A DNA stretch of 64,000 nucleotides from Tubiluchus corallicola. Taxonomy: Eukaryota; Animalia; Priapulida. The stretch is taken from contig JAQGDQ010000641.1 of assembly GCA_030141605.1 (NCBI GenBank), positions 56,338-120,337 of the forward strand. The letters run 5' to 3'. A model generated the notes under the pieces. That model saw only the letters and a list, made by a program, of their open reading frames with translations. It had not been told where the DNA came from and made no database searches. Below, piece after piece: positions 36,001-50,529 of the stretch; position 1 is the stretch's first letter, and the number at the start of each line of letters is the position of its first letter. A program made the position numbers and the translations under genes.

Positions 36001-36507
36001 CAGGGGCGGGGTGTGCAAATTGCGGCCCGCGGGGCCACTTGCGGCCCGCCGAGAGAATTTGTGCGGCTCGCGAAGAGATTTGTCAACCTAATGATAGTGC
36101 GGCCGGGGCGATTAATTGAGTGTATCCAGCTGAAGTCCGTGCTACGATCCCAGAGATAGTGCGGGTAGTTTTTTCTACTAGATCGGATGCCATTAATCCG
36201 TACAAGACGGTTGTAGCTTAATGTCACTGTACTACACAGACTGTGTGATACACATTACTAACATGCATTGTAATGAAATTACCACTATCTGTCCTGAAAG
36301 TAGAAATATATGGTTTGTAATATAAATTTTAATAACTTCAAAAATAGTTTCTTGAGTGTAGTAGTAATGATGTACGCAGGTCGGATGCAAAAAAAATCGT
36401 TATTAGGCCTTTCTGTACTTGGCTCCTTGATCAAACTGCCTGTGGCCCGTAGGAATTGCGGCAAAGTTTAATGTGGCCCAGCTAGTCAGATAATTTGCAC
36501 ACTCCTG
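36001..36507 (-). mobile_element. hAT Buster-type MITE, full length
   Basis: TSD ATCTAGCG on both sides. Confidence 0.93.
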
Positions 36508-39408
36508 ATCTAGCGTATATGCTGCACAAGGGTCATAATCATGACGAAGGCAAGGTACCCTTTTGGTATAAACTTTAATTTTTCCAGGAGCTTACGTCAG
36601 TTGTAAGGCATTTTTTGGTGATTACCACGTATTAGAATAGAATGTACCTTTGCGTAGTGTACGTTGGTGTACTGTTCCTTAATGCCATATACAACCTTAC
36701 CTACTATTAGTATTCTAGATGTAGTCACAGAAAACACTGTAAACAGAGGTTAATACCACTGAATGCTTTATTAACATAATCAGTATGTCCAATATAACAT
36801 AAATGCCCAACAGATCCCATAAAGTGGATTAACCTGACTGTTCAGAACACAGGTGTGTAAAAACAGACAGGTGACTAGCAGGTAACAAACAGAAAAACTG
36901 GCCAAAACCAAAACCTTTACGTTCCCGTCACAGATGGCGCCTCGTGCACGATAAGTAAGATTAACAAAAAAAGCTAAGTCAGCTACACTATTAACAAGTA
37001 ACAAATTTTGCATTCACAGCACCAAATAGTCGATATACATACACCATACGTACAAGATTAGTGTCAATCAGATTTTTAAATAATACTTCTGCCTGAAATA
37101 GTTACTTCAATATCAGTGTCTTTCTAGCCTTGACTGAATCTAACACATCTGGCTATTTTAGCTCAGTTCCAGGGCTATGATTACAGAGAATGTTGGCAAT
37201 TTGCCATGCACTTTGTAGGGTGAATGATGTTTTCAGGAAACGCGATGCATTTATTCGGCAAGCACACACTCAGCTAATTTTTTTCCTCTTATTACATTAT
37301 ACTTATAATTATATACTATGCTTACTTTTATTGCCAGTCATAATCATAATATTAATATTGAACATTACAGAATATTGTAGTTACGTCAACACTGGTTTAA
37401 TTACTGGTGTACAGTACAATTCAATTCAATTCAGTTTCAATTTATACAATAAAACACGATTAATAAAACAATCTCTAATAAGTTTTGAAAAATGGCAAAA
37501 ATGTATAGATAGAGCTAGAACTAGAGAAAGGATAGCGAAAAGACTATAAAGTCACCTAGTCTGCTACCCTTTACCGAATATAAATAAAAAGATTTTTTAG
37601 ACACTGGTGGGCATTAATGTTATCAGTTTAATTTAGAAAACATTACTAATTTTTAAAATTATGACATTTACTATATAATCCAAAGAAAAGAATATACATG
37701 TAGTTTAATTAGCGGGCAACAAAATAAGGTCAATCTTGATTAAACTAAAAATTGCATTTAGATTTTATGTGAAATACAGGTCAAAATTGTTATGAAATGA
37801 TAAAAACATTTTGGGTTAATAATGTTATTAATCAACAACAGGAGTTAAATACATTTTGATTTGAGTTCAACTTCATTATTTATTGATTAAGAACAAATCT
37901 ACTGACTTGGACAATAATGCTAAATAATATAATTCTCAATATAATGATAAGACAAACATTTAGCTATACAGGTTTTTTAGTAATTTTATAAGGGAGAGGT
38001 AAGACTTGTGTAATTTGTGAACAGCACCTAAATCTTTACTCATAAAATAGTATGGTAACTGCTGCTGTAATATGGTGTGTGAAAGATGTTTAGAGAATGA
38101 ATATGTAGAAAGCAAAAGCGGCCTTTGGGTACCCAAGAGCATTTGTGTAGAGCTGGACGCACACGTGTTGCAGAGCATGCATGAGTGGTCTGATTATAAA
38201 AATAACCCATCAGCCATGTTAATTGTGTTGCTAATACAGTCTATTGTCCTCACCGCGTCTGTCAGTTAGCTACGCACGGTGCGCACGGTGTGTCACGTGG
38301 TGCGTCACCATATTTCAGCAACAATCAGAATTCACAGTACAGTTTGCGTGTGATGACGGACAAGCAGGAGAGTGCAGCTGCTGTCTGTGTGTTCTGATTT
38401 CCCATGGGAAGCAGGAAGTGCACACTGTCACATCTCGGTCAACTTGTCACGGGATGCCCTAGTGGTCTCTGGTGAACCTGGAAGTTGTAGAAGCTTGCAA
38501 GGTATGAACTAAATTATACAATTAATCTATGAAGTATAGACAGGATTCTTGTTACATGCAATTTTTTGTTGAAATAAAAATGAGTAATTGTAACTAAGTT
38601 AGCATCTGGTTAATACTAAGTATCAGTCGGTTTTGACGTCTGTAATTACCGATTGACCAGTAGGGTTAAGTATCTACGCACGCCTATTTATTTTGTGTCA
38701 ATGATTTTGATGTTATTGTCTTTGTGTTGTCAGGACATTTTGTCAGTAGGATTTTCTTATTACGTGCATAGACTTATATACCTTAAACGTACCATAAATT
38801 TTGAAGTACTAGTATAAATTATCATCAAAACAATTTGGAAGCTTGTTGACAAAACTCCTCTCGATTTACTTGTTTGATTTGCAATTTTTTTAATATCGTC
38901 AAGATAGAGACGTTAGCCAGGTAATCATGCAATAATATAAAACATCTTTTTACGTATATACAGCACCATCTTTCTTTATGTTCAAAACGATTACATCCCA
39001 CATGGACCTCATATCTTCTCTTTCCTTTATTAAATGCCAGATGTCGAATAATACCTCGTGCATGCGGGCTCGTTTGCCTATACACTTGAGATTATTTTAT
39101 GGGCCATACCTATATTACCAAAGCAAATTTGGCTTGTTGCCATGACAGCCGGCGCACTTTCATGTACACAAAAGAAAATCAAATGCACTCCAAACAAAGT
39201 AATGTATATACGGCACACCTGAATCCATCTGAATGTCATTAGGAGGGGTCCCGGGAATATAAATGTTTGACGCACGCTTCCGGTAGTCAAAATGTTAACG
39301 TTGAGTTTATAGTTAAATAAGCATCTCCTGTTAATGGCAGGCTGGCAGCAAAGGTACTATTTAAACAACTTAAGAGCTTCATCAATCTTAATGTCATGCA
39401 CTACTGAC

Positions 39409-40011
<603 letters not shown>

Positions 40012-40664
40012 TACTGACAAAGTACACTATTGGTTCAAAGTATAATGTTGAACTTATTTACAGAAAATGCAGAATTATTTTTTATTTTCAGTTCGTAGAC
40101 ATAGTATTAAGCTATAAACGTGCAATAATTACTATCACCAATTTAGTTAAATATTAGTTAATTATTTAGAAATTAGTTAAATAATTCACAAAAATGACAT
40201 ACATTAAAAGTACATGAAAATGACATTCCAATGGGTAAAAATTTTGGAGCATATAAAAACATCACTGTTGTAAAATTACATGTTTTAATAAACCATTGCA
40301 AAAGTGAAAAACATGGTATCTAAGATTATACTTACATTTAATTAAGCAGATAACCTTAAGATGATTAATACCATTTTTACACAGATTATAGAAGCTTACG
40401 TACCATATCTATATTTTGAACAATTTTACCACAGCTGTGTAGTAACTAATGAGCAGATTAGTTTATTAGCTTACTATTAAGAATTGATAGTATTAGTTTA
40501 TTAGTTCTTATAATAACAATAATAATAATAGTAATAATAATAATATAATAATAATAATAATCTTTATTTAAAGTCGGCTTTTGGGTGAACAATTAACATT
40601 AGCTCAAAGAGCTATTATCGCCGATTGTAAATAACAACCTACAACTACATAACAGAGATTATTA

Positions 40665-40814
40665 TTACCCCACTTTTACCCTAAATACCACGCGTCAGGC
40701 AGGGCAACAGCAGGTACCATTTTTAAAGTCTTTGGTAAGACCCGGCCGCTGGTTCGAACTCACGACCTCCCAGACGGAAAGTAGACGCATTCCCACTAGA
40801 CTAAACTGTCTGGT
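40665..40814 (-). mobile_element. tRNA-derived SINE head and central domain
   Basis: A-box TAGTCTAGTGG, B-box GAGTTCGAAC, then GGCCGGGTCTTACCAAAGACTTTAAAAATGGTACC. Confidence 0.75.
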
Positions 40815-42094
40815 TAAGTGCCACACAAGGATTAGAGTTCATCTAGAAGGATGCGGCATCTTAAATATCTCAGTGTCTTAGTGTCTGCCTCCTGATTGAC
40901 ACGAAAATGCTTGTTTTGTGATGTGCCACTAAGAAAGATTTTACTGTTATCTCGAGTTGCTCTGAACTCAATTATCCAGCTCTTTTTAAAACCACTGTTG
41001 CTTAACTTTGTCTGTCACAAGGTCATTGTTGTTGTTGGTGAAAAAACTAGTCAAGATTGGCTGTTTTGTAACAGAGTTTCTTGTGACATCTTAGTAAATT
41101 CGCTTAATGAAATGACAGAAAGAAAAGTAAGAATGTGAAGAAGAAAGACGATGATGAAAACAGACAATAAAAAATAAGTAAAAATGTCGGCACCGTTTAG
41201 GTTTGAAGCTAGCTATGATGAATTACTGAATTTAAAGCACTCCAGCTGACAACTGGCAAAACTCTAATGTTCTATCTGCCCCAGCATCTCATCTGTACAG
41301 GTCGGTTCGTCCGTTGCTATGGCGACAGGTGGTTTCCCTAAACCGGTGGCATTTGGTACTGCATGACATCAGTTTCCCAGGATAATTTCCTGAAGGAAGC
41401 CATCAATTTGTTTTCACAATTAAATTGGACGACATTTGCTCTAAATTGATATTGGACACAGAATTGATGACGTTTTACCGACTGAGCTACCTACGTCACT
41501 GTTTACGCATGCGTAGAGATAGAGATACTACCGTCACGGCAGTGGGATTGAGAACAGTGTAATGAAGTTGAAAATTACAATACAATCAAGTCGCATCTAA
41601 AATAAATTACAATATATAACAAACTATATACGGTTAGATAGAGAATTTCACGGGCTTTCTAACCGTGTATTACATGACTAAATTCGCTTAAGTACTGCAA
41701 CGAAAATAAAGAAAAAACATTAAATAGAATATAAAATGATACTAGAAACATTAAGTTTGCATTTCTTTCTTTCGGTCAAAATTTGGTTTCAAATATTAAT
41801 AATGTGAGTTCTTTTCATTATTAACCAATAATCTTAAAGCTAAAAATGTTGTCTTTATTCGTAATTTGATAATTATTTTATAGTTTGTAGATTTTATGAA
41901 AGAAATTCATAAATAATAATATTTTAATCTAAAATTTAATGGGGGAAAAGGTAGTCTTTGAGTATTTAGCTCTTTATAATTAATTATAGCTCTTAATTAG
42001 TGTAGATTATCAGCAAGTCAAAATGTTACTTGAATGAGGAAACAATATTTAATCCATTCTTGACCGTTTTTATTCAATGTTTTGTTTTGCGAAC

Positions 42095-42498
42095 TTTTGT
42101 TCAGTATGTCCATCTTGTTTACACATAATAATTATTTTTTCTACCTGTGCCCGCGTGCTAAATATAGCCTGTATCCCACGGGATACATTGGGATTCAATG
42201 GAAGCATAAAATGTGCTTCATTTTGCAACTGCTGATAATTTTTTAAAGTATTTAAGACATTTAGTATGCATGCTATGTTGATCTGTACAAAGTCATCTCT
42301 AAAGTACTGTACCTTGTGCAGTTTTTTATGCTATGTAGATTTTTAGCTTGCCATTTTATCACCATTTTTAGTCTCTTGTTATTGGCTTAAATCAAAATAA
42401 CTATTAACAGATCAAATAACTGTCAGTTTTAAAATTTTATTAATTTTAAAAGCAGGAAATATTCTCGTATCCCACGGGATACAACCGGTATGAAAGGG
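42095..42498. mobile_element. piggyBac-like MITE, truncated copy
   Basis: Ends TGAAAGGG|TTAA; matches the 24665 and 27216 copies. Confidence 0.82.
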
Positions 42499-42868
42499 TT
42501 AAAGAGAGCAGTTTTTCGTGAACCTATCTGAAACGTAGCAAACTTTTACGGTCTTGAAGGGCCAGTCTGACCTCAGACGCTCCATGCACAGACAGTAATT
42601 AAATGCTACGTCATTTTCACGTAACACAGTAAAAGCACTTGACATGCCTAGATCGGCGGCGCCTTGCTGTTTAATAATTAATTACCTGTACAGGTATGAC
42701 TCATACTCTTTGGCTAACAATAAAACGTATAGCCTATGGATACTCGTAAACCTGCTTGTCGGCTTTCAAAAGATTGCTATTATTGTTGGAGGTGGTTACT
42801 AATAATGGAGAATGTGGTGTGTTAATCGTGTTATAATTGTATATTTCCACGAATATATGTGTGGAAAA

Positions 42869-43664
42869 CAGAGTTGTGGAGTCGGTAGCAAATTTATTAC
42901 TATCGGTTTTACATGTCAAATGTAGACCTGCGTTAACTCAAATGTAGATTTAGGTAATTCAAATGTTAGGTAGTTCAAATGTGTTAACAATGGTTTTCAA
43001 GAAATCTTAAGCGTTTTTGGTAAGTCAAATGTAGACACATGTCATGTCAAATGTGACATAGGTATCTCAAATGTGGATAGGTGGTAAAGTTTAAGGATGT
43101 TAAATTTAATCTTCTTTAATTTCGGTTTAATAATTGCTCTTAAGTTAAAATACTAACGTTATAGGTCTACTAATAGATGCATTATCTGTAGTTTATCTTT
43201 TTCTAATTTGCACTTAAATAACTTAATTACCGATTTATTCAAAGTAATGCATCTACATTTGACTTACCTAAGTCACATTTGAGTTACCAAAACACATTCG
43301 AAATTCCTATGTCTACATTTGACTTACCTAAGTCACATTTGAACTTTCTGTGTCTACATTTGACGTGTAAAACCTATAAAGGAGACATAGTGGGAGTTGT
43401 TAAAAATAAGGGAGTCGGGACTCTGAGCACACTTATTGTCAGAGCAGTCAGTATTGGAGTTGGTAAAAATAGACAAACTCCAACTCTATTTACCCTTTAA
43501 GACAATTATACCTGATACTGTTGTATAAAAAGGTCAATTCAACTAAATTATATGAGCAAAAGTAAGCTGCTGATTGGCAGGAGTTGGAGACGGGGTTGGA
43601 TCTTTTAAAATTGGAGGAATCGGAGCTGGAGTCGGGAGTTTAATGTACAGACTCCACAGTTCTC
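42869..43664. mobile_element. hAT MITE with GGAGTC repeats, hosting a nested MITE
   Basis: 8-bp TSD GTGGAAAA; TIR CAGAGTTGTGGAGTC / GACTCCACAGTTCTC. Confidence 0.85.
42903..43376. mobile_element. MITE with TAGGTTTTACACGTCAAATGTAGAC TIR and TCAAATGT subrepeats
   Basis: TA TSD; second copy 61716-62182. Confidence 0.88.
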
Positions 43665-44473
43665 GTGGAAAACATGGCAGCCAAGTATTATCGTGAGATC
43701 AAGTTTTTTTGCGGACAGTGTTCAAAATTTCGCAATCAATCGGTCTCCCTTTATCATTCGAAGACGAAGCATTCAAGTATCCTCTTTTTAGTACCTCTCC
43801 CTCTGATTCGAATGGTCGGAATCTGCAATTGAAGGTGTTTTCTTTTTTTGGCGGGGCAAATCAGTAAAGTTATCTTACCGCCATCATGATGTTTGCTTAA
43901 ATCATTAACGTAAGGTAATCACTCTTCCTGATTCTTGCACGGTGTTCCTTGGGGCTCTTTGTTCGTAGATTTGTACGGTGCGTCTCAGAGTCACAGAGGT
44001 GATTTTTGATGTGTGGCCCGCTATAAGTTCAACGTGGTCAATTGTCATGTTTTTTATTTTAAGTTGGTACGTTGAAATCAATACATTTACGTAATATTAT
44101 AGTAATATTGCAAATTTATTTGATGGAGAATTAATGTCAATTGGAAGTTTCATTTACGACTGTATGCATAGATTTGTGAATTAAATAGTATAGCTTTGTT
44201 AGCGGACATATAACCGCATGACTGTGATTATCATATAGGTAAAATATTTGTTTAATACATGTATACAAATGCTTAGTAAATAGTTATTTTCGCTTCATGG
44301 AGTTTACAACTAAATTTGTATATCTGTGTGTATACCTTGTGCAGCTATGTTGAGTCAAATTGTTAGTATGAGCTGGAAATCATTACCCGAGCTCTGCCCG
44401 CTGATAAAACCATCGGGTATGCATTGATTTCGTAATTTTCGTGTTGGAAATTTGATTTTCAGAAATAAAATTT

Positions 44474-44766
<293 letters not shown>

Positions 44767-44905
44767 CGTTTGGTGTCTTTTGGTTTAGCCACAGAAAAGG
44801 TTAGAAGGAAACTAAAAACATGGAAATAAAGAAATTTGATTAATTTCCTATACGCGTAATACGTTAGTAAAAGATGGGAAACAGTTTACAATGAAGCGCA
44901 GAGTT

Positions 44906-45432
44906 GTTGTTTTTGGCATCCTTCTGTCTCGGAAGACAATGGAGTGTGCGCCAAGAGAGTCAGTTATTGATCACATTGATGGAGCTGCAGCGTCGACTGT
45001 GGCTGAGCAGTGCGATCCTTGAACGTCTCCAGGGCGCACGCCTTGGCAAGGTGTATGGAGATCCTGAGTTGCCCAGACAACAGGAACCCCCTCTCTTCCT
45101 CGCTGGTGTAGTCCAAAGGAAAGCGGAGCGATACGTTTGGCACCAGGTTGGCTGCAGGAGCTGCCGGAGTCATGAGCATGCTGCACTGGTCCGCCTTCGG
45201 GGCTCCACTCCTGATTTGGAAGGTTTACTCCTCTACACATGGCCATTGGGTCACTTGACCTCCTCCGCCCTCTAGCCGTTGGCTGCTTGTGCAGTTCCTC
45301 CGTGTAGTGTCGAGATACAGTGTGGGCATCCCGCAAGCCTACAGGACCTGGTATTCCAAGGAGGTCACCCATCCAAGTACTAACCGGGCTCTACTACGAG
45401 AACCGGTGTTTTCAGCGTGATATGGCCGTAGT
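44906..45432 (-). mobile_element. 5S rRNA-headed SINE (SINE3) with bipartite RTE body; copy with a deletion in the 5S head
   Basis: TSD AGCG(C/T)AGAGTT; 5S head TACGGCCATATCACGCTGAAAACACCGG; RTE C-terminus IALLSHSRRC; (AAC)n tail. Confidence 0.88.
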
Positions 45433-45806
45433 AGCGTAGAGTTAACACGTGTATAAATCCGCAAAGTTGAAAATAGCTGTCTCCGTGATTGATGCGCTTG
45501 GAATTTATCACTTATGGAGTGCTTACGTATGCACTTTTAAAGTTATGCAGTGGTTTTATGTAGTGGCTATAAAAGTATTTACTATTATCGGATATTTTGG
45601 CTCAAGTTTATAGTTCTTCACACAATTAAATTAGTTCGTGAAGCGTATTAGGGTTAGGGACTCGGTTTTGGGTTAGGGCTAGGGTATTTAAATCGTGTGT
45701 GTGTGTGTGGGGGGGGGGGGGTAGTCGAATTGTAAACTTCATCCGATATTTTTATCAACCGCATCATAGGTTACTTATTTTAATAAAAAGTGGTTCTTAA
45801 AAAACT

Positions 45807-46161
45807 CTGGCATCTATTAGAATTAAATAGAACATTGTAGAATGTTCCATTAGAATAATCGTCTTACCGTGTAGAATGTTCTAGAAAGAAACGTCTGGAA
45901 TGCTCCCTGGTACCCTATATAAGGCGAAGCAGGCCGCTGACAGACACGCACAGATTCACACGGACGCCACTTACACATTCTCTTGTATATTTGTATGTTC
46001 AGATACACTCAAACGTTTTCCAGATTTTCACGTTTAATGTAAACATTTCGCGTTCCTTCATACTTTTGTGTTGTAGAATTCTCGCTTAATAAACTAGTTT
46101 AATTTGACGAAGTGTTTTCTGGTTTTCTCTACGAGCCTTCCGAGAGAAACGAAACACAACA
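45807..46161 (+). mobile_element. Solo LTR, 5'-clipped
   Basis: CTATATAAG, AATAAA, ends CACAACA; near-identical to 57379-57748. Confidence 0.8.
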
Positions 46162-47141
46162 GTTTTGTAATCGTAAAACTATGCAACTCAAGTTACGAAA
46201 AATAAATTTATTAGTACTATTATTACTACAGGATTTTTATCTTTTAGTAATGGGGATCGGAGAAAGTAAAAATTTGGGGAAGGAAGCAAATCGTCGGCAA
46301 TGCAGAAAATAATAAGAATTTAGTATTATTTATCATAATTAGATTATGACTGAGCATGTCAGAATGTTCATAAACCATTGTGATTTATTTCACAACAATA
46401 AGCGTTTTCACAGTTCCAGCTAAATCACTCTAAGCACAGGCTAATGCATAATTAAGTAAAGTCCACGTAAAACAACCGACGTTACTGAAGTGATGTGGCA
46501 GACGGCTTTAATTTACCCACATGTCACGTGACAGTTGTACTTGAGACGCGTTGCTGAGTTACACTTCTTAGCCGTCGACCTGCAGCAACTGCGCGTGCGC
46601 AGAGCAAAACTGTGAAAAGGCTTATTATTTAGTATTAGCTAGTAATGAACTGAGTCGTTTTTTTGCAGGTAAAATAAAGATTTGCTGCCAAGACGTAGAA
46701 CCAGGAGAAAGACGGAACAAATGAAATTGTTAAAAATTTTTTAACCTGGTAAATTTGGAAAAAAGCTATTGGGAGCCACAAAATTGACGTTGCATCTGTA
46801 TCAAGCCATCTAACTGTGTAAAAATAAAAAAAAAACAATTCTTTGGTTCCGTGCAGTGCATCAGTTTACACGAGAAATGTGTAAACTGTATTGATGACTA
46901 GGTTTACATACGACTTTTTCTACATACAGTAAGAATCTTATTATCTGACAGTGAAGCTGCAGGATTTTAAACTCGACTATAACTGGAGATGAATTTCCTC
47001 TCAGAATACTTCCACACGGATCTAGACATCTTCATAGTAAGTGCCTTCTCCTTTTACTAGCTGTAGATTTTCGGTGTCTCGAATTTGTATATTTTAGCCT
47101 TTGATAAAAACTTGACAATGCTCTCTTGGAAAGATTGTTTT

Positions 47142-47487
47142 GTTGTCACCATGGTATCCATTTGTTTAGTGGTCACCATGGTATCCATTTGTTTAGTTGT
47201 CACCATGGTATCCATTTGTTTAGTTGTCACCATGGTAACCATTTGTTGAGTTGTCACCATGGTATCCATTTGTTTAGTTGTCACCATGGTAACCATTTGT
47301 TTAGTGGTCACCATGGTATCCATTTGTTTAGTTGTCACCATGGTATCCATTTGTTGAGTTGTCACCATGGTATCCATTTGTTTAGTTGTCACCATGGTAT
47401 CCATTTGTTTAGTTGTCACCATGGTATCCAGTTGTTTAGTTGTCACCATGGTATCCATTTGTTTAGTTGTCACCATGGTATCCATTT
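47142..47487. repeat. 27-bp minisatellite, 13 copies
   Basis: GTTGTCACCATGGTATCCATTTGTTTA. Confidence 0.97.
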
Positions 47488-47518
47488 TTAAGCTGCATTT
47501 TTTGCTTTACATCTTTAA

Positions 47519-48040
47519 AGGAAAGCGGATAATTGTGTAGACATTAATTCAAGATAAAGTATGTTCTAAAATATTGAAAACTACAACGGCTTTTTTTTAA
47601 AATCAAAGCCTAGATTAAATAATAATTACCTTGGATAGTTAAATTTCGTTGAACTTTCAAAGCTACACGCAGCTCAGTGAATCTACTAAAACTGGCAATT
47701 GCGCCTTTTTGTCACATTCGCGTGGCCGACAAATTGGCACGGTGCCGTGATCATGAACTATTGTGTTCATCTGTGACGTCAATGTGACGTAGAGCTCATT
47801 TTTGTGACATTACATCAATCTCTTATAGCAATCTTCGCTTACGCAAGAGTCTATGCCTACCATTCCACAAAGTGTGGTTAGTTTGTGACGTGAGTGATAG
47901 CTGCGTTTAGTTGCCGTTAATTAATTTTCCAAGATAATTATTGAAATATTGGAAACAATCGCTACCTTTTATAGTCAAAAAATGTATATCTTTGACAGTG
48001 AATTAAAATGAATAATTCTAATCAATCATCCGGTTTTCCT
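47519..48040. mobile_element. Kolobok-like MITE
   Basis: TTAA|AGGAAAGCGGATAATTG ... CAATCATCCGGTTTTCCT|TTAA. Confidence 0.8.
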
Positions 48041-48750
48041 TTAAGCTTTCGTAAATGGATTGAATTTTCAAATGCTTTGTAAACGGGTTTATCATGAACT
48101 CTACATATATTGTAGTTTAAATTAACCGTTCGCCTACCTGTTTCAACATCATTAAACTTTCGGCTATTAGCACCATCGTCTAATCACCATTCTTTCTTCG
48201 GCCCTCTAATCTCTTCAAAATTGTTCTCACGGTTTACTTTCCATGGAAACTTTTGCTTTTCTGACGACTGATCCATACAGAGGGTGCTAATTCGGGTATA
48301 CCTCAAGGTTACTTTTGTAAATAATTCTTATGCAATTTTTGTTAGATAATAGTTAATGTAATTTTGCTCTTGTGCTAAGCGAAGCAGTAGTATTCCGTGT
48401 GTTTGTCATTACTTGATGCTTTACTTTGGTTTTTTCCACCCACATCCTGTGGCGAAGTTTGTGTTTCACTAGTTCACAACAATAGTCTTTAGAATAAACT
48501 CAAAGAATCAGGCTTTTTGTTATTAGAAATATTCAATATTTTGTTCGGTGTTTTTTCCAATGATCATCATCATCATCATCATCATCATACGCCCGTCACG
48601 TCTATTGTAGACATTGGGCAGGCAGAATTGTAAAATAAAAGAAATCTGCCGTCAGACAGGTAAATGCAGCAGTAATCCAGCAAAAAAACTAGACACTGCC
48701 ACGCCATTAGCTTGTCAGCACCACTTCCTTTCTACAATATTCAACAATTC

Positions 48751-49335
48751 TTCTTCTTCTTCAATGAATCATACGTCCAGGGACATGATTCTGCTCACCT
48801 CCCTATGCCAGGACTCCCTGCTCGCTGCAATGCCCCAAGTGCATTTATTTCTAAGGATCAATGCTGAAGTGTTTAAATCTTTTTGTGCAAAATCTAAATA
48901 TGTTAACATTTGTCCTCCTGCAGTTTTTTTACCTGGTTCTATGGCTTGTTGAAGAGCTATCTTCACTGGAATATTATCAGGTAGGCTAAGCATATGCCCA
49001 ATCCATCTTAAACAGCGCCTTTTTATTGTTGTCCAAGATTCTTCTTTTATTTTTTTCATATAGATCTTTGTTTGAAATTTTCTTTGGCCATCTAATACCC
49101 AAAATGTTTCTGTAATTTCGCCTTTGAAACGCATCGATTTCAGCTTTATGATTTGCTTTTAATGTCCAGAGCTCAGAGTTATACACAAATACAGTTTCAA
49201 CTAAGGCTGAGAATATTCTAATTTTTGTTTCCAAAGAAATCTTCCTATTCTCAAAAACTTTTGTGAGTTTTGAGTAAGCTGATAATGCCATTATCTTCCG
49301 TCTTGATATGTCATTTTCTGTTGCAATTTCCAATG
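48751..49335 (-). mobile_element. RTE-clade LINE 3' portion (frameshifted RT C-terminus) with (GAA)n tail
   Basis: KISLETKIRIFSALVETVFVYNSELW, IDAFQRRNYRNILGIRW, RRCLRWIGH. Confidence 0.88.
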
Positions 49336-50529
49336 ATACAGGTTACAACCAACAAGTTTTTTTACTCATTGCGCATCATGATAATCTGCGCACAATTTTA
49401 AGCAAGCAAGTATTTCGTCGCATTTTTACGACACGTGCGGCCGCGTTTCTGGATCCTCCCTTGAACGAAAATGAGTCATTGCCGCTAAAGACTTTAAGTG
49501 GAAAATGCCTCGAGAACAGACTGGCATTGTGTAGTGATTTGTATGCTGAAGTTCATTCATGAATTCTTTACACGATCGAGATGTTTAGTAGAAGTTAGGT
49601 ATGAGTAAAATCATAAAAATGTCGCCCGAGTATCAACGCTATTAACTTTGTACAGAAGTAACTAGTAAACAGGAAATAGGGGGCGGAAACAGCGATTAAA
49701 ACAGGACAAAAGTACAAACATTTTGTAAACATACCAAAACTTTGTGATGTCTGAAATTTTGCTTTGACTCTGGTCCGCCTTATTTAACCGAAAATCAATA
49801 AAAAAACAAATAATAATACATGTTATAATTTTGTTTCGAGTAGTCATATTTCAGCAGAAATTAGTGTTCATTTGGCAGTGCTTATTAACGAAAAAGTCCT
49901 TTATCACAGATTCGTTGTGCGCACGCGCAGGTGCTGCGGGTCGAAGGTTAATTATACCACAGCGGCGCATCTTAACTACGACTGTCACGTGACATGTGAG
50001 TAAAGCAAAGCCGCCTGCTGCATCAGATCAGTAAATTCAGTTGTTTTACGCGGACTTCACTTATGCATTTGTCTGTACATAGAGTGATTTACTAGCAAGA
50101 TCTAGCCTGGGAACAAGTAAAAATGAACTAGCTACGTTTCTACTTTGCTGTTAGAAGTGTTAGTATTACAATAGCATCGGCTGCGAGGCGTTGTCAAGTG
50201 TACACACGTTGTCTGGTACACTCAACCTTTGACCTTTTCACGATCATCATCAATCGCTGGAACTGTGAAGAGGCTTATTAAGGGATTGTTAGTGTTACCA
50301 AATTTTAGGTTTGTGTTGTAGCGTATAATATGTTCACATATTAAGTGGTTATCATGTGTGAACGGAGGCAATAATAATAAACCAACTGCCACCTGCCAAG
50401 AATGATGTACACTCAGCTGACTTAGGATTTAATTCAGAATCTTGTATGTTTGTCAACTATATAAATTATGTGAGAAACGTGAGAAAACTTTAAAATTCTC
50501 AATCATTGAAGCACACAAAGAATATTTTA

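Noticed and set aside
45648-45684. TTAGGG-like repeats as an interstitial telomere
   Set aside because: Only a few degenerate units; such tracts are common inside MITEs.
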